Below are positions 1 to 9,114 of a DNA stretch of 32,000 bases, in pieces. The stretch lies in the NCBI RefSeq assembly GCF_000253055.1, contig NC_016070.1, positions 1,530,001 through 1,562,000 of the forward strand, given 5' to 3'. Origin of the DNA: Thermoproteus tenax Kra 1 (GTDB taxonomy: Archaea; Thermoproteota; Thermoprotei; Thermoproteales; Thermoproteaceae). How positions within the stretch are numbered: the first letter of the stretch is position 1; every line of letters begins with the position of its first letter. Both the position numbers and the translations under genes were made by a program. A model generated the notes under the pieces. The model was not told the DNA's origin. It made no database searches and worked only from the letters and a program-made list of their open reading frames with translations.

Positions 1-571
1 TGTCTCCCTTTCGTAGCACTTCCTCCGAGAATCCGTCCAACTGAGCCTTGTTGTGATCTACTATCACTATTAGGTTGTTCAACTTGTAGGAGGCGGCCAC
101 CGCCATAGACTCCCACGAGATCCCCTCGTCCAACTCTCCGTCGCCGGTTATCAAGAAGACCTTACCGGCGTGGCCCTTGAGCTTCAAGCCTAGGGCTAGC
201 CCCACGGCCATGCCGATGCCAAGGCCTAAGGATCCCGAGTTGGACACATCGGTGAACGGCGTATCGTCCTCTGGGTGGTTCTGTAGTCTGCTACCCAAAG
301 ACCCCGTCTCTCTCAGCTCGTCTTGGTTCAGATAGCCGAACAACGAGGCCAGCGCGTATATGGCGTGTACGGCGTGGCCCTTGGAGAGGATAAGGTAGTT
401 CCGGGTCGATACGCCGTTATGTGCGTTGAACTTAAGCCGCCCTGTGCCGTAGAGCGCAGTCAATATATCCAGGACCGATAGGGAGGAGCCTATGTGGATG
501 CCTGGATCGTAGGCGGCCATTATCATCAATCGCCTCCGGGCCTCACATGATAGCTCGTCTAGTGAGTCCAC
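1..571 (-). CDS. Transketolase, N-terminal (TPP-binding) subunit; the 3' end runs off the window
   Basis: Manual reverse translation gives VDSLDELSCEARRRLMIMAAYDPGIHIGSSLSVLDILTALYG...ILSKGHAVHAIYA...GSLGLGIGMAVGLALG...VFLITGDGELDEGISWESMAVAASYKLNNLIVIVDHNKAQLDG. These are the characteristic transketolase N-terminal motifs (H.GSSLS, SKGH, GDG-x-EG, N-L-I-x-I-x-D-x-N). It is missing from the ORF track because it is edge-truncated. The start is placed at the in-frame GTG at 571, because the ATGs at 526/520 would remove the conserved helix before the HIGSSLS motif. Confidence 0.8.
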   Translation of the reverse strand, partial: MDSLDELSCEARRRLMIMAAYDPGIHIGSSLSVLDILTALYGTGRLKFNAHNGVSTRNYLILSKGHAVHAIYALASLFGYLNQDELRETGSLGSRLQNHPEDDTPFTDVSNSGSLGLGIGMAVGLALGLKLKGHAGKVFLITGDGELDEGISWESMAVAASYKLNNLIVIVDHNKAQLDGFSEEVLRKGD

Positions 572-815
572 CCCGATTTCGCGTACCCCGAAACCTCCTC
601 CATAAAGGCCGAGGTAAGGAGATCTTAAAAATTTTGTCTTCAACGCATCGAGATGTCCGACGAACTCTTCGCCGCCCTAAAGGGCTGGGTTTCTCCTTGC
701 CTATGCCTTCATCGGTAGCCAGGCAACCTCCGGCGCGGGCTCATCGGGCACGGGGCCGGGCGGCACTCGGCCCTCCTCGAGCGCCTTCCTCTCGATGTTT
801 ACCACCGTGACGACG

Positions 816-828
816 CCCCCCCCCCCCC
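816..828. repeat. C13 (G13 on the minus strand) homopolymer tract
   Basis: Counted directly: cgacg + 13 c + actcc. This is the longest homopolymer in the window. It lies in a GC-rich gap with no convincing gene, between the transketolase start and the tyrS stop. Confidence 0.95.
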
Positions 829-1045
829 ACTCCAGCATATCCTCTCCTGCTCCCACTTGATTTGCTGTTTTTAAGCCGCTGTGCCACAGACGGCGGAGGC
901 TTCCCAGAACCTCTCGTGCCGACTACAAAGAACTTCCCCAACGATCGTGAAAAAGGAAGCAGCCCGCGCCGAGTGGGAAGAGGCTGTGGCGAAAATATCG
1001 ACTTGGATGAGGATATCTGGGGCCTAGGGCGTCCCCTCCAAACTT

Positions 1046-2002
1046 TTAGCGCAACTTGGCCAAGGCCGAGACGAGGCCGTCTACCACGGCCTGTTTCAGC
1101 GTCTGCGGCTGCACGGAGCCTGCTCTGTAGTCGGCTGCCAGAGACTTAGCATCTTCATATCTACGCCCTCCTACCTCCAGGGGGCCGTGATAGGGTATGA
1201 GTAGATATGCGGCGAGCTCGTAAACTGGGTTGAACTCAGTCTCGTTGGGAGGACAATACGCTGACCAGACCTTCTTGGAGATCTCCTCAGGCGTGTCCGT
1301 CACATATATGGCCGTGCCGGGCCTCGACTTAGACATCTTGTACAAGGCGAGCACTTCGTCCAACTCTCTACTGCTGCCCTCCATCCTCCCCACGCCGGTC
1401 AGCGAAGTTATTATGGGCGTGTGTATAGAGGAGGGCTTTTTCAGCCCCAACTTCTCGGCCACATCGCGGGCCAACATGTGGGCCCTCCTCTGGTCCAGCC
1501 CTCCCAACGCGACGTCTACGTCAAGATAGAAGATATCCGCCACTTGCATAGCTGGATAGAGCAACTTTGAGAAATCCAGCTCCACCTCCTCCTGTCTTCT
1601 CCCCATTATAGGTATGGCCCTACGTATCCTGGCGAGAGAGGCGGCCTTGGAGACTCTCACCACAAGCTCCCAGTAGTGAGGGTCCGAGGCGAGGTCCCTT
1701 CCGTCCTTGAACTTGAACTTGCTCGATATTCTTCCGGCCAGTTCGCGTATTTTCGCCGCCTGCTCCGCCAACGTCGCCATATCGCCTTTATCGTTTATCC
1801 ACGCGTGCCATATGGCCTCTAGAAGTATCACCTCGAAACCTGCCTCAACGAGATCCCTCGCCTTGTACATCCAGACGAGCCAACCTACGTGCACCGGCCA
1901 GGCCGGCTCGTAGCCGATATACGCCCTTCCGCCAACCTTCCTCTTTATCTCCTCCTCAGTGACTAGCTCCACCGCGTTTCTGGCTACTATGTCGAAGGAC
2001 AT
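1046..2002 (-). CDS. tyrS: Tyrosyl-tRNA synthetase, archaeal type
   Basis: Class I aaRS features are present: AYIGYEPAWPVHVGW in place of the HIGH region, a KMSKS motif (YKMSKSRPG), GGLDQRRAHMLARD, and a short C-terminus (AYCPP..NP..L..G...P..LK) like archaeal TyrRS. I prefer the ATG at 2002 (MSFDIV...) over the TTG at 2023 in the track, because a TATA-like TAATAAATT lies about 22-30 nt upstream of it. Confidence 0.85.
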   Translation of the reverse strand: MSFDIVARNAVELVTEEEIKRKVGGRAYIGYEPAWPVHVGWLVWMYKARDLVEAGFEVILLEAIWHAWINDKGDMATLAEQAAKIRELAGRISSKFKFKDGRDLASDPHYWELVVRVSKAASLARIRRAIPIMGRRQEEVELDFSKLLYPAMQVADIFYLDVDVALGGLDQRRAHMLARDVAEKLGLKKPSSIHTPIITSLTGVGRMEGSSRELDEVLALYKMSKSRPGTAIYVTDTPEEISKKVWSAYCPPNETEFNPVYELAAYLLIPYHGPLEVGGRRYEDAKSLAADYRAGSVQPQTLKQAVVDGLVSALAKLR

Positions 2003-2152
2003 GGCACAAACTCTCGTCCCCAATTTATTAGTTGGGTCCCGCCGCGCCCCAGAGGTCCCGCCGGCTCTGCTGACGTTTTATGTTGCCACATTAAGACCTA
2101 GCTGGGGCGGGGAGCGCGGTCATAGCTTTAAACGATAGCTCGACAGACCCGT

Positions 2153-3139
2153 ATGCTCTACGCGTTCAAAAACAGAGAGAGGGCAAGAGAGCTAAAAGAA
2201 TATTTAGATAAGGAGGGTATACCATCATGGTATGTAGAGCTCTGGGGCAACTATATAGTTACGACGCCGCCTAACGCAAGGGCGCAGACTCCGGTCAAGG
2301 CCGACGTAGAGGTCGAGCTGAAGGGGGAGTACCAACTAGTCTCTAGAGCTTGGAAGAAGGAGCCCACCCCAGTGAGGATAGGGGATAGAGAGGTGGCTGA
2401 GGGGAAGATCTTCATTATAGCGGGGCCGTGCGCCGTGGAGAATAGAGACCAGATAATGGCGGCGGCAAAGGCTGTGAAGGACATAGGGGCGCACGCCCTC
2501 AGAGGCGGCGCCTTCAAGCCCCGTACATCTCCCTACACATTCCAAGGGCTTGGGGAGGAGGGGCTGAAGTTGCTGGCCGAGGCCAGAGAGTCTACAGGTC
2601 TGCCGGTAGTGACCGAAGTTATGGACTCCCAAGATATCCCACTCGTCGCCAAATACGCTGATGCGCTTCAGATAGGGGCCCGCAACATGCAGAATTTCTC
2701 CCTGCTGAAAAAGTTGGGCAAGGCGGGGAGACCCGTGTTACTGAAACGCGGCTTCGGGAATACCATCGACGAGTGGATGGCCGCCGCAGAATATGTGGCG
2801 CTTCACGGCAACGGCGATGTGATCTTCGTGGAGCGCGGGATCCGCACCTTCGACCGAACTCTGCGCTTCACGTTGGACGTCGGAGCTATAGCGTATATGA
2901 AACAGGCGACTCACCTTCCAGTGATAGGGGATCCGAGCCATCCGGCCGGCGACAGGAAGTTCGTGATCCCGCTGGCCCTGGCGATATTGGCGGCCGGCGC
3001 CGACGGTCTTATTGTGGAAGTACACCCCGATCCGTCCAAAGCTTTGAGCGACGCTGCCCAACAGCTGACCTTCGAGCAGTTCAGAGAACTTGTAGAAAAA
3101 GCGCGTGCCCTGGGGAGAGCCCTCGGCAAAACGGTGTAG
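2153..3139 (+). CDS. 3-deoxy-7-phosphoheptulonate (DAHP) synthase, type I-beta, with an N-terminal extension of about 70 aa
   Basis: [15 protein letters not shown]...[27 protein letters not shown]...[10 protein letters not shown]...[15 protein letters not shown]...PVLLKRG...ER GIRTF matches the DAHPS/KDO8PS I-beta fold motifs. A TATA-like CTTTAAAC at 2126-2133 lies 20-27 nt upstream of the ATG. Confidence 0.85.
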   Translation: MLYAFKNRERARELKEYLDKEGIPSWYVELWGNYIVTTPPNARAQTPVKADVEVELKGEYQLVSRAWKKEPTPVRIGDREVAEGKIFIIAGPCAVENRDQIMAAAKAVKDIGAHALRGGAFKPRTSPYTFQGLGEEGLKLLAEARESTGLPVVTEVMDSQDIPLVAKYADALQIGARNMQNFSLLKKLGKAGRPVLLKRGFGNTIDEWMAAAEYVALHGNGDVIFVERGIRTFDRTLRFTLDVGAIAYMKQATHLPVIGDPSHPAGDRKFVIPLALAILAAGADGLIVEVHPDPSKALSDAAQQLTFEQFRELVEKARALGRALGKTV

Positions 3140-3142
3140 CCC

Positions 3143-4090
3143 TTATAAGAGCCTATCCGACATAAGCTTATAGAAGTCGACGACCGATCTGCCGTCCTTC
3201 TCAACCGGCTGTAGCGCCGGCGGTAGCCTCAGATAGTTGGGGTCGTACATGGCAGAGTACCTCTCCTCAAAGGTCGGCACCAGCTCGTTCTTGTACAACA
3301 CGCCTAAGGCGAATCTGTCCGGCTCCAAGATCTTTTCTATCGCCCTCTTCTTCTTCTCGTAGTCCTCCCTCTCATCGTGCACCACAGGGTCCCACGTGGG
3401 ATCGTCGTCCAACTTATAGACCCTCTTCTCGTACCACTCCCTAGTCATTATATTGTTGTAGGTCACGCAGGGGCTGAACACTTGGACTATGGCCGAGCCC
3501 TTATGGAGTATCGCCTCCTTTATCATCTTAGCCGTGTATTTTATGTCATAGCTATAGGAGCGCGCTATAAAGGTAAAGCCTGACGCCAACGCTATCAGTA
3601 ACGGGTTGAGATCGGCTTGAGGATTGGGCTTAGATAGAGCCTTGGGCTGGAGCCCGAGGGGCAACGTAGGGCCGGCCTGGCCGCGCGTCAGGCCGTAGAC
3701 TGCGTTGTCCATCAGTATGACTGTGAAGTCGACGTTCCTCCTACCGGCGCCGAGTATGTGGTTGCCGCCTATGGCGAAAAGGTCGCCGTCTCCGCCGACT
3801 ACCATGACCTCTAAGTTCGGGTTGGCCAACTTAAGGCCTATGGCGAAGGGTATTGCACGTCCGTGTATTGTGTGAGCCGAGATCGTCCTCACGTAGTGGG
3901 GCAATCTGCTACTACAGCCGATGCCCGACACGAGCACTGTCCTCGAGGGATCCATATCCAACTCTGCGAAGACTTGCAACAACGCTTGAAGTATGCCGAA
4001 GTGCCCGCAGCCTGGGCACCACTCCGGCGGCTTTGTCCACTTATAGTCCTGCGGCGTCCTCTTAAGCGTTATCTTAGTGACCGCGGTCAT
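3143..4090 (-). CDS. 2-oxoacid:ferredoxin oxidoreductase, beta subunit (two-subunit type)
   Basis: [11 protein letters not shown], the TPP/Mg motif [13 protein letters not shown], and 4-nt translational coupling to the upstream alpha subunit gene. Confidence 0.85.
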   Translation of the reverse strand: MTAVTKITLKRTPQDYKWTKPPEWCPGCGHFGILQALLQVFAELDMDPSRTVLVSGIGCSSRLPHYVRTISAHTIHGRAIPFAIGLKLANPNLEVMVVGGDGDLFAIGGNHILGAGRRNVDFTVILMDNAVYGLTRGQAGPTLPLGLQPKALSKPNPQADLNPLLIALASGFTFIARSYSYDIKYTAKMIKEAILHKGSAIVQVFSPCVTYNNIMTREWYEKRVYKLDDDPTWDPVVHDEREDYEKKKRAIEKILEPDRFALGVLYKNELVPTFEERYSAMYDPNYLRLPPALQPVEKDGRSVVDFYKLMSDRLL

Positions 4091-6000
4091 AGGTCCCAGT
4101 CCAACTCTATTCTTTTCTCGCCTTTCTCGAAACGCTCGTAGGCCTCGAGCACTTCGTCCACTGTAATGGGCCTGCCGTTGTACTTGACGGCGACTCCGTC
4201 GGCTGAGATGCCGGCAAACATCCTCACTAAGAGGGATCCTTGGGCCATGTAGTTGCCCTCGATGAACAGAGCCCTCCTGCCCTGGAGGTACCTCCTTACC
4301 AGCTCTGATGGGAATGGATAGAGGAGCCTGAGCTGGAGGAAGCCCACGTTCCGTAGCCTCTCTATAGCGGCCAATATCTGCATCTTAGTTGTGCCCCACG
4401 ACACGATTACAGTCTCGGCATTGGATGGACCATAGTAACGAACTTTATCCTCCTCGGGTATTTCGCGGGATATAAGCTCCAGCTTCCTCATCCTTTTATC
4501 GTACATCCTCTTGACCATCTCAGCGTCCTCGTCCGGATCTCCCTCCGGGTCGTGCTCCAGACTTACCACGTGGTACACAGCCTTGGAGATTCCCGGTAAG
4601 TATCTGACGGGCAAGCCGTCGTCCGTGATCTCATATCTATTCGCGTTTCTCTCCTCCTGGAACACCACTGGCTGCGGCCTTTCGATTTTAACCGAGTATG
4701 GGTCCGGTGCCGGCATGATCGCGAAGGTGTTCGAGAGGTCTTTGTCCACCAAGTGTATCACGGGCACTTGATATTTGTCGGCCCAATTAGCGACCTTTAT
4801 GGCATCATAGAAGGCCTCCTCTAGGTCTCCGCTGGCGAGCACTATCTTCGGGAACTCGCCGTGGCCTATAAAGAGTGAGTACAAGAGGTCGTGTTGGCCG
4901 GTTCGGGTAGCCAGCCCAGTGCTCGGGCCCGCCCTGGACCATAAAGTGAGCACTACGCCCAGCTCGGCCATGCCCAACATAGAGATCGTCTCAGCCATGA
5001 GGCTCATCCCGGGGCCGGAGGTGGCGGTGGCAGCTCTGGCGCCCGCCATGGCGGCCCCCGCTGCAGCAGCGATTGCCGCCAGCTCGTCCTCAGTCTGCAA
5101 TACGACGGCGCCCACCCTCTCCATCGCCTTGAGCTCCTCGGAGACTGGGAGGACGGGATACGGCAGCTTCCTTTCAGCGAACATGGGGTCGTCTGTCGAG
5201 GGCGTTATTGGGTAGAACGATATAAAGCGGACGCCGCCCATTATCTTACCCACACTGACGGCCTCATTCCCGTTCCAGTATATACGCTTCACTCCGGGCT
5301 CCCTCGGCCTCAGCACCTCCACCCGCTCTGTCACCAGTTTGCTCACCTCGGCCGCCACAGCCTTGTTCTGTTCTATCACCTCCTTCTTCCTCCCCAGCGC
5401 AAATGTTACGCCCCTCTCTACGTATTCGATGGGGAGACCCAACAGCGAGGTGCCAACGGCGACCACCAAAGTGTTTACAAAACGGGAGAGCATCACGGGC
5501 GAGGTGACGCCTATCTTGCGTCCTATCTCGAGTAGCAGCTTATTGAAGGGCAGGCCTACGACCTTCGCTCCCTGCGACCTAATATACTCAATGGCGCTTT
5601 TCACCGTAGGCTCTCGGCCTTGTTGTTTGAAGAACCGGGCCAATCTTTCCGCGGCGGTTCTGGAGATCATAGTGAAAGAGTCCAAGGTCTTGGAGTCCTC
5701 CTCGGAGTTATAGACGACGACTCCGCCCGGCTCTATGTGGAAGATGTGTTCGAACACAGACTGGCCCTCCATCAGCAGGGCCAGCTTGGCCTTTTTCTCT
5801 ATACCTCCGGGCGGCCATTTATCGGACACCTTCCCTACAAAATAGCTGTGTCTGCCCCCTGCAATGTTCGACCAGAACTCCCTTCGTCCATACACGTAGT
5901 ACCCGGCGGAGCCCACCGCATATATGAACATAATCGACGCAGTTTCGACGCCCTTGCCCTGCGGCCCTCCTATTAAAAAGCTTAGTTCTGTCATTATCAA
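4087..6000 (-). CDS. 2-oxoacid:ferredoxin oxidoreductase, alpha subunit (fused gamma+alpha domains, 637 aa)
   Basis: The N-terminus has a gamma-like domain (GGPQGKGVETAS). This is followed by an alpha-type domain (FISFYPITPSTD, TSGPGMSLMAE). The size and two-gene layout match Sulfolobus/Aeropyrum-type OFOR. A TATA-like ATATAAATA lies about 22-30 nt upstream of the ATG at 6000. Confidence 0.85.
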   Translation of the reverse strand: MIMTELSFLIGGPQGKGVETASIMFIYAVGSAGYYVYGRREFWSNIAGGRHSYFVGKVSDKWPPGGIEKKAKLALLMEGQSVFEHIFHIEPGGVVVYNSEEDSKTLDSFTMISRTAAERLARFFKQQGREPTVKSAIEYIRSQGAKVVGLPFNKLLLEIGRKIGVTSPVMLSRFVNTLVVAVGTSLLGLPIEYVERGVTFALGRKKEVIEQNKAVAAEVSKLVTERVEVLRPREPGVKRIYWNGNEAVSVGKIMGGVRFISFYPITPSTDDPMFAERKLPYPVLPVSEELKAMERVGAVVLQTEDELAAIAAAAGAAMAGARAATATSGPGMSLMAETISMLGMAELGVVLTLWSRAGPSTGLATRTGQHDLLYSLFIGHGEFPKIVLASGDLEEAFYDAIKVANWADKYQVPVIHLVDKDLSNTFAIMPAPDPYSVKIERPQPVVFQEERNANRYEITDDGLPVRYLPGISKAVYHVVSLEHDPEGDPDEDAEMVKRMYDKRMRKLELISREIPEEDKVRYYGPSNAETVIVSWGTTKMQILAAIERLRNVGFLQLRLLYPFPSELVRRYLQGRRALFIEGNYMAQGSLLVRMFAGISADGVAVKYNGRPITVDEVLEAYERFEKGEKRIELDWDL

Positions 6001-6239
6001 TACTTCAAATATGAGTATTTATATTTTCTCATAAATTTGTGTTCAAGCAATTCTAAATCTTTTTAAAAATTTCCTACTATATTATTCATTAGTTTCCTTG
6101 CCAATATATTTTTTATTTTTCTATATATATAGTTACTTATCTATATGAATTGCGATATCGGTCTGATGTTATGTATGATATCAAACTTAATATCATTGAA
6201 AATAAAAATTACAACAAATAAATTAAAAAAATATTTTAA

Positions 6240-6797
6240 TTATTTTTTAGTTTTTATAATAGGTGGACCTAGGAAGGCGCCAGCTGGCTTTCCCCACATC
6301 TCGGCCAGTATCTGCGCAAAGGCTGTATACCAGGCAGCAAGCGCAGTCAATATGCCGACGAAGCCTCCCGCCGTTGTCGCCCCGCCTGCAAGCAGGAAGA
6401 ACGTGATCCACAAAAGGAGGAACACCACGAAGAGTGCAGCGTTGGCCCTAAAGGTCCCAATCCACATTATGAAGGTAAATATGCCAAATGCCCACAGCAC
6501 TATGGACACATACGGAAGAGCAGAGGGGAAATACGCCACAGTGAGGTAGAACCACTCCCAGAAGGCTCCATAGGTGAAGAACGCGACGTAGCCGAAGGTG
6601 TTGGCCTTAAAATACTCGAGAATGCCGGCGACGATCTGTGCCAGGCCGCCGTAGAATGCTGCAAGCCCCAACACGACGGGGACGCCTTGGCCGCTCAATA
6701 GGCCGGCGTTGAAGGCGCTTAATACCAGCGTCGTCAACGCAAAGCCTGATAGACCTAGCGGCGCCGGATTTGCGGTATTTCCGTTGGCCATGTACAT
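6240..6797 (-). CDS. GPR1/FUN34/YaaH-family acetate (succinate-acetate) channel
   Basis: The N-terminal family signature [14 protein letters not shown] is present. The protein has six predicted hydrophobic helices and is 185 aa long. The gene lies directly downstream of acs on the same strand. Confidence 0.85.
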   Translation of the reverse strand: MYMANGNTANPAPLGLSGFALTTLVLSAFNAGLLSGQGVPVVLGLAAFYGGLAQIVAGILEYFKANTFGYVAFFTYGAFWEWFYLTVAYFPSALPYVSIVLWAFGIFTFIMWIGTFRANAALFVVFLLLWITFFLLAGGATTAGGFVGILTALAAWYTAFAQILAEMWGKPAGAFLGPPIIKTKK

Positions 6798-6883
6798 TAT
6801 GGATTACTGTGTTTTTAAATATTGATACTGATAAAAACTCTTTAATAATGTAAAAATAGATATTCTTTACAAAAAACTATTTT

Positions 6884-8890
6884 TTATTGAGATACTTCTC
6901 TTTTTAGCTCTTCGTACGCCCTCTTGGCCTCCTCCACTGAGGTCTCGTCCTCCAATGTTGTAGTGTCTCCCAACGGCGAGTTCGTGGCCACCGCTCTCAG
7001 CAGACGGCGCATTATCTTGCCCGAGCGCGTCTTGGGGAGCTTCGACACGAAGAATATCTGCGCAGGCTCCGCTATTGGTCCCACGGTGTTCCTTATGTGC
7101 TGGCGTAGCTCCTTTCTGAGCTCGTCAGTTCCAGCCACGCCTTGTTTTAGAACGATGAACGCTATGGGCACCTCGCCCTTTATCGGGTCGGGCACCCCTA
7201 TCACTGCGGCCTCGGCGACGGCCGGGTGGGATATAAACGCCGACTCCAGCTCGTAGGTGCCGAGGCGGTGGCCCGCGACCTTTATCACCTCGTCGGCTCT
7301 GCCCAACACCCATATGTAGCCGTCCTGGTCCCTTATGGCGTAGTCGCCGGCGTAGAACATGCCGGGGAACCTCGACCAGTACGTCTTGATGTAGCGCTCC
7401 GGGTCGCCCCATATGCCGTGGAGCATGCCCGGCCACGGCCTCTTGATCACGAGGTAGCCTCTGACGCCCGGCGGCGCCGGCTTGCCGCTCTCGTCGACGA
7501 CGTCGACCTCAAAGCCAGGTAGCGGCGGGCCGTTCGTTCCAGGCTTCATGGGCGCTAAGTATAAGCCCGGCGCATGGGATATCACAATGCCGCCGGTCTC
7601 TGTCATCCACCAAGTGGAGCCGAAGGCCACGTTCTGGCTGCCTAAATTAGTATAGGCCCACCTCCAAGCCTCGGGGTTTATGGGCTCACCGACCGAGTGA
7701 ATGATCCTCAACGTTGACAGATCGTGCTTCCTGGGCCACTCCTCGCCGAACCTCATGAAGGTCCTTATCGCAGTGGGCGAAGTGTACAATATACTCACGC
7801 CGTATCTCTCTATGATCGCCCACCAGCGGTCGGGCTGCGGGAAGTCGGGCGCGCCCTCGTACATGATTTGTGTGGCGCCCATTAACATCGGGCCCAATAC
7901 TATGTAGGAGTGTCCAGTGACCCAACCTATGTCGGCCGTGCACCAGTAGATGTCATCGTCTCTTACGTCGAAGACCCACTTCATAGTGGCGTACACATGG
8001 ACGGCCCAACCGCCTGTATCGTGTATTATGCCCTTGGGCTTCCCGGTGGTGCCCGATGTATATAGTATATAGGATGGATGCGTGCTCTCGAGCCTCTCGG
8101 GCTCCACATATGCGTTGTGAGGTACGCCGGCCAAGGCCTTCTCCCAGAACCAGTCTCTGCCCTCAGTCATAGGCACGTCGTTTAGGCCCAACCTTCTATA
8201 GACGACGACGTTCTCGACCCCCGGCGCCTTCTCCAGCGCCTTGTCCACAATATCCTTCAGCCTCACCACCTTGCCCCTCCTCCAGAAGCCGTCCGCTGTT
8301 ATTACTAACCGAGACTGGGAGTCGTTTATGCGGTCGGCCAAGGCATCTGCGGAGAACCCGGAGAACACCACGCTGGTTATAGCCCCTATTCTCCAGGCCG
8401 CGTACATGACGATCGGGAGCTCAGGTATCATCGGCAAATATATCGTGATGCGATCGCCCTTCCTGACGCCAAAGTTGTTCCTCAACATATAGGCCACTCT
8501 GTTCACCTCCCTCCACATGTCGTAGTACGTGAGCTTCCTCCTGTCCACCGGGTAGCCGCTCTGGTCCACGGGCTCCCCCTCCCATATGAGGGCGAGCTTG
8601 TTCTTGCGCCAAGTTTTGACGTGTCTGTCCAGAGCCAGGTAGGACAGATTCAGCTCCCCTCCAACGAACCATTTGTAGAAGGGCGGGTTGGACGCGTCCA
8701 ACACTTTGTCCCAGGGCTTGAACCACTCGAGCTCCCTAGCTATCGAGGCCCAGAACTCCTCGAAGCTCTCGATGCTCCGTCTGTGGAGGTCCCAGTAGGA
8801 CTTTACATCTAAAGTTCGCGATCTCCATCTATCATTGTATACATATTCATTGAATGGCAGATTCTCACTTTCTAGAGACATACCTTTCAT
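6884..8890 (-). CDS. acs: Acetyl-CoA synthetase, AMP-forming
   Basis: Full-length similarity pattern to Acs: YWDLHRRSIE..FW, the AMP-binding motif YTSGTTGKPKG, WWMTETGG, YFAGDYA.RD.DGY.W..GR.DD, and C-terminal PKTRSGKIMRR. Confidence 0.95.
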   Translation of the reverse strand: MKGMSLESENLPFNEYVYNDRWRSRTLDVKSYWDLHRRSIESFEEFWASIARELEWFKPWDKVLDASNPPFYKWFVGGELNLSYLALDRHVKTWRKNKLALIWEGEPVDQSGYPVDRRKLTYYDMWREVNRVAYMLRNNFGVRKGDRITIYLPMIPELPIVMYAAWRIGAITSVVFSGFSADALADRINDSQSRLVITADGFWRRGKVVRLKDIVDKALEKAPGVENVVVYRRLGLNDVPMTEGRDWFWEKALAGVPHNAYVEPERLESTHPSYILYTSGTTGKPKGIIHDTGGWAVHVYATMKWVFDVRDDDIYWCTADIGWVTGHSYIVLGPMLMGATQIMYEGAPDFPQPDRWWAIIERYGVSILYTSPTAIRTFMRFGEEWPRKHDLSTLRIIHSVGEPINPEAWRWAYTNLGSQNVAFGSTWWMTETGGIVISHAPGLYLAPMKPGTNGPPLPGFEVDVVDESGKPAPPGVRGYLVIKRPWPGMLHGIWGDPERYIKTYWSRFPGMFYAGDYAIRDQDGYIWVLGRADEVIKVAGHRLGTYELESAFISHPAVAEAAVIGVPDPIKGEVPIAFIVLKQGVAGTDELRKELRQHIRNTVGPIAEPAQIFFVSKLPKTRSGKIMRRLLRAVATNSPLGDTTTLEDETSVEEAKRAYEELKREVSQ

Positions 8891-9114
8891 GTTATATCAA
8901 TTTATAAGCATTTCTTAAAATATATGTAAAAATAAACTGAAGAATATTTAAGCTAATATTTTCACTACTTTTAAGAAATGAACTATATATAGAAAAAGAA
9001 TAATATAGATACATAAAAATTATTTATATGTATATACAAGCAGAAAATAAATTTTATATAATTAACATTTCGTCATATGGCTTATAGCAAAGATCGTATT
9101 AAGTGGTGAATTGT

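Noticed and set aside
547-1149. Plus-strand ORFs 547..810 and 862..1149.
   Set aside because: Both are Arg/Pro-rich low-complexity products. The first overlaps the transketolase start region and the second overlaps the tyrS 3' end. Neither shows a family signature.
6001-6240. C/D box sRNA or terminator hairpin in the OFOR/satP spacer: CTGATG and ATGATAT elements, and the 7 bp inverted repeat ATGATAT-N8-ATATCAT at 6175-6196.
   Set aside because: No proper C (RUGAUGA) plus D (CUGA) pair with the right spacing on either strand. A 7 bp A/T-only palindrome in an AT-rich spacer is within chance expectation.
6145-6549. A 134 aa plus-strand ORF starting in the AT-rich spacer.
   Set aside because: Its first third is translated AT-rich spacer (Ile/Lys/Asn-rich). 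The rest is antisense to the well-supported acetate-channel gene.
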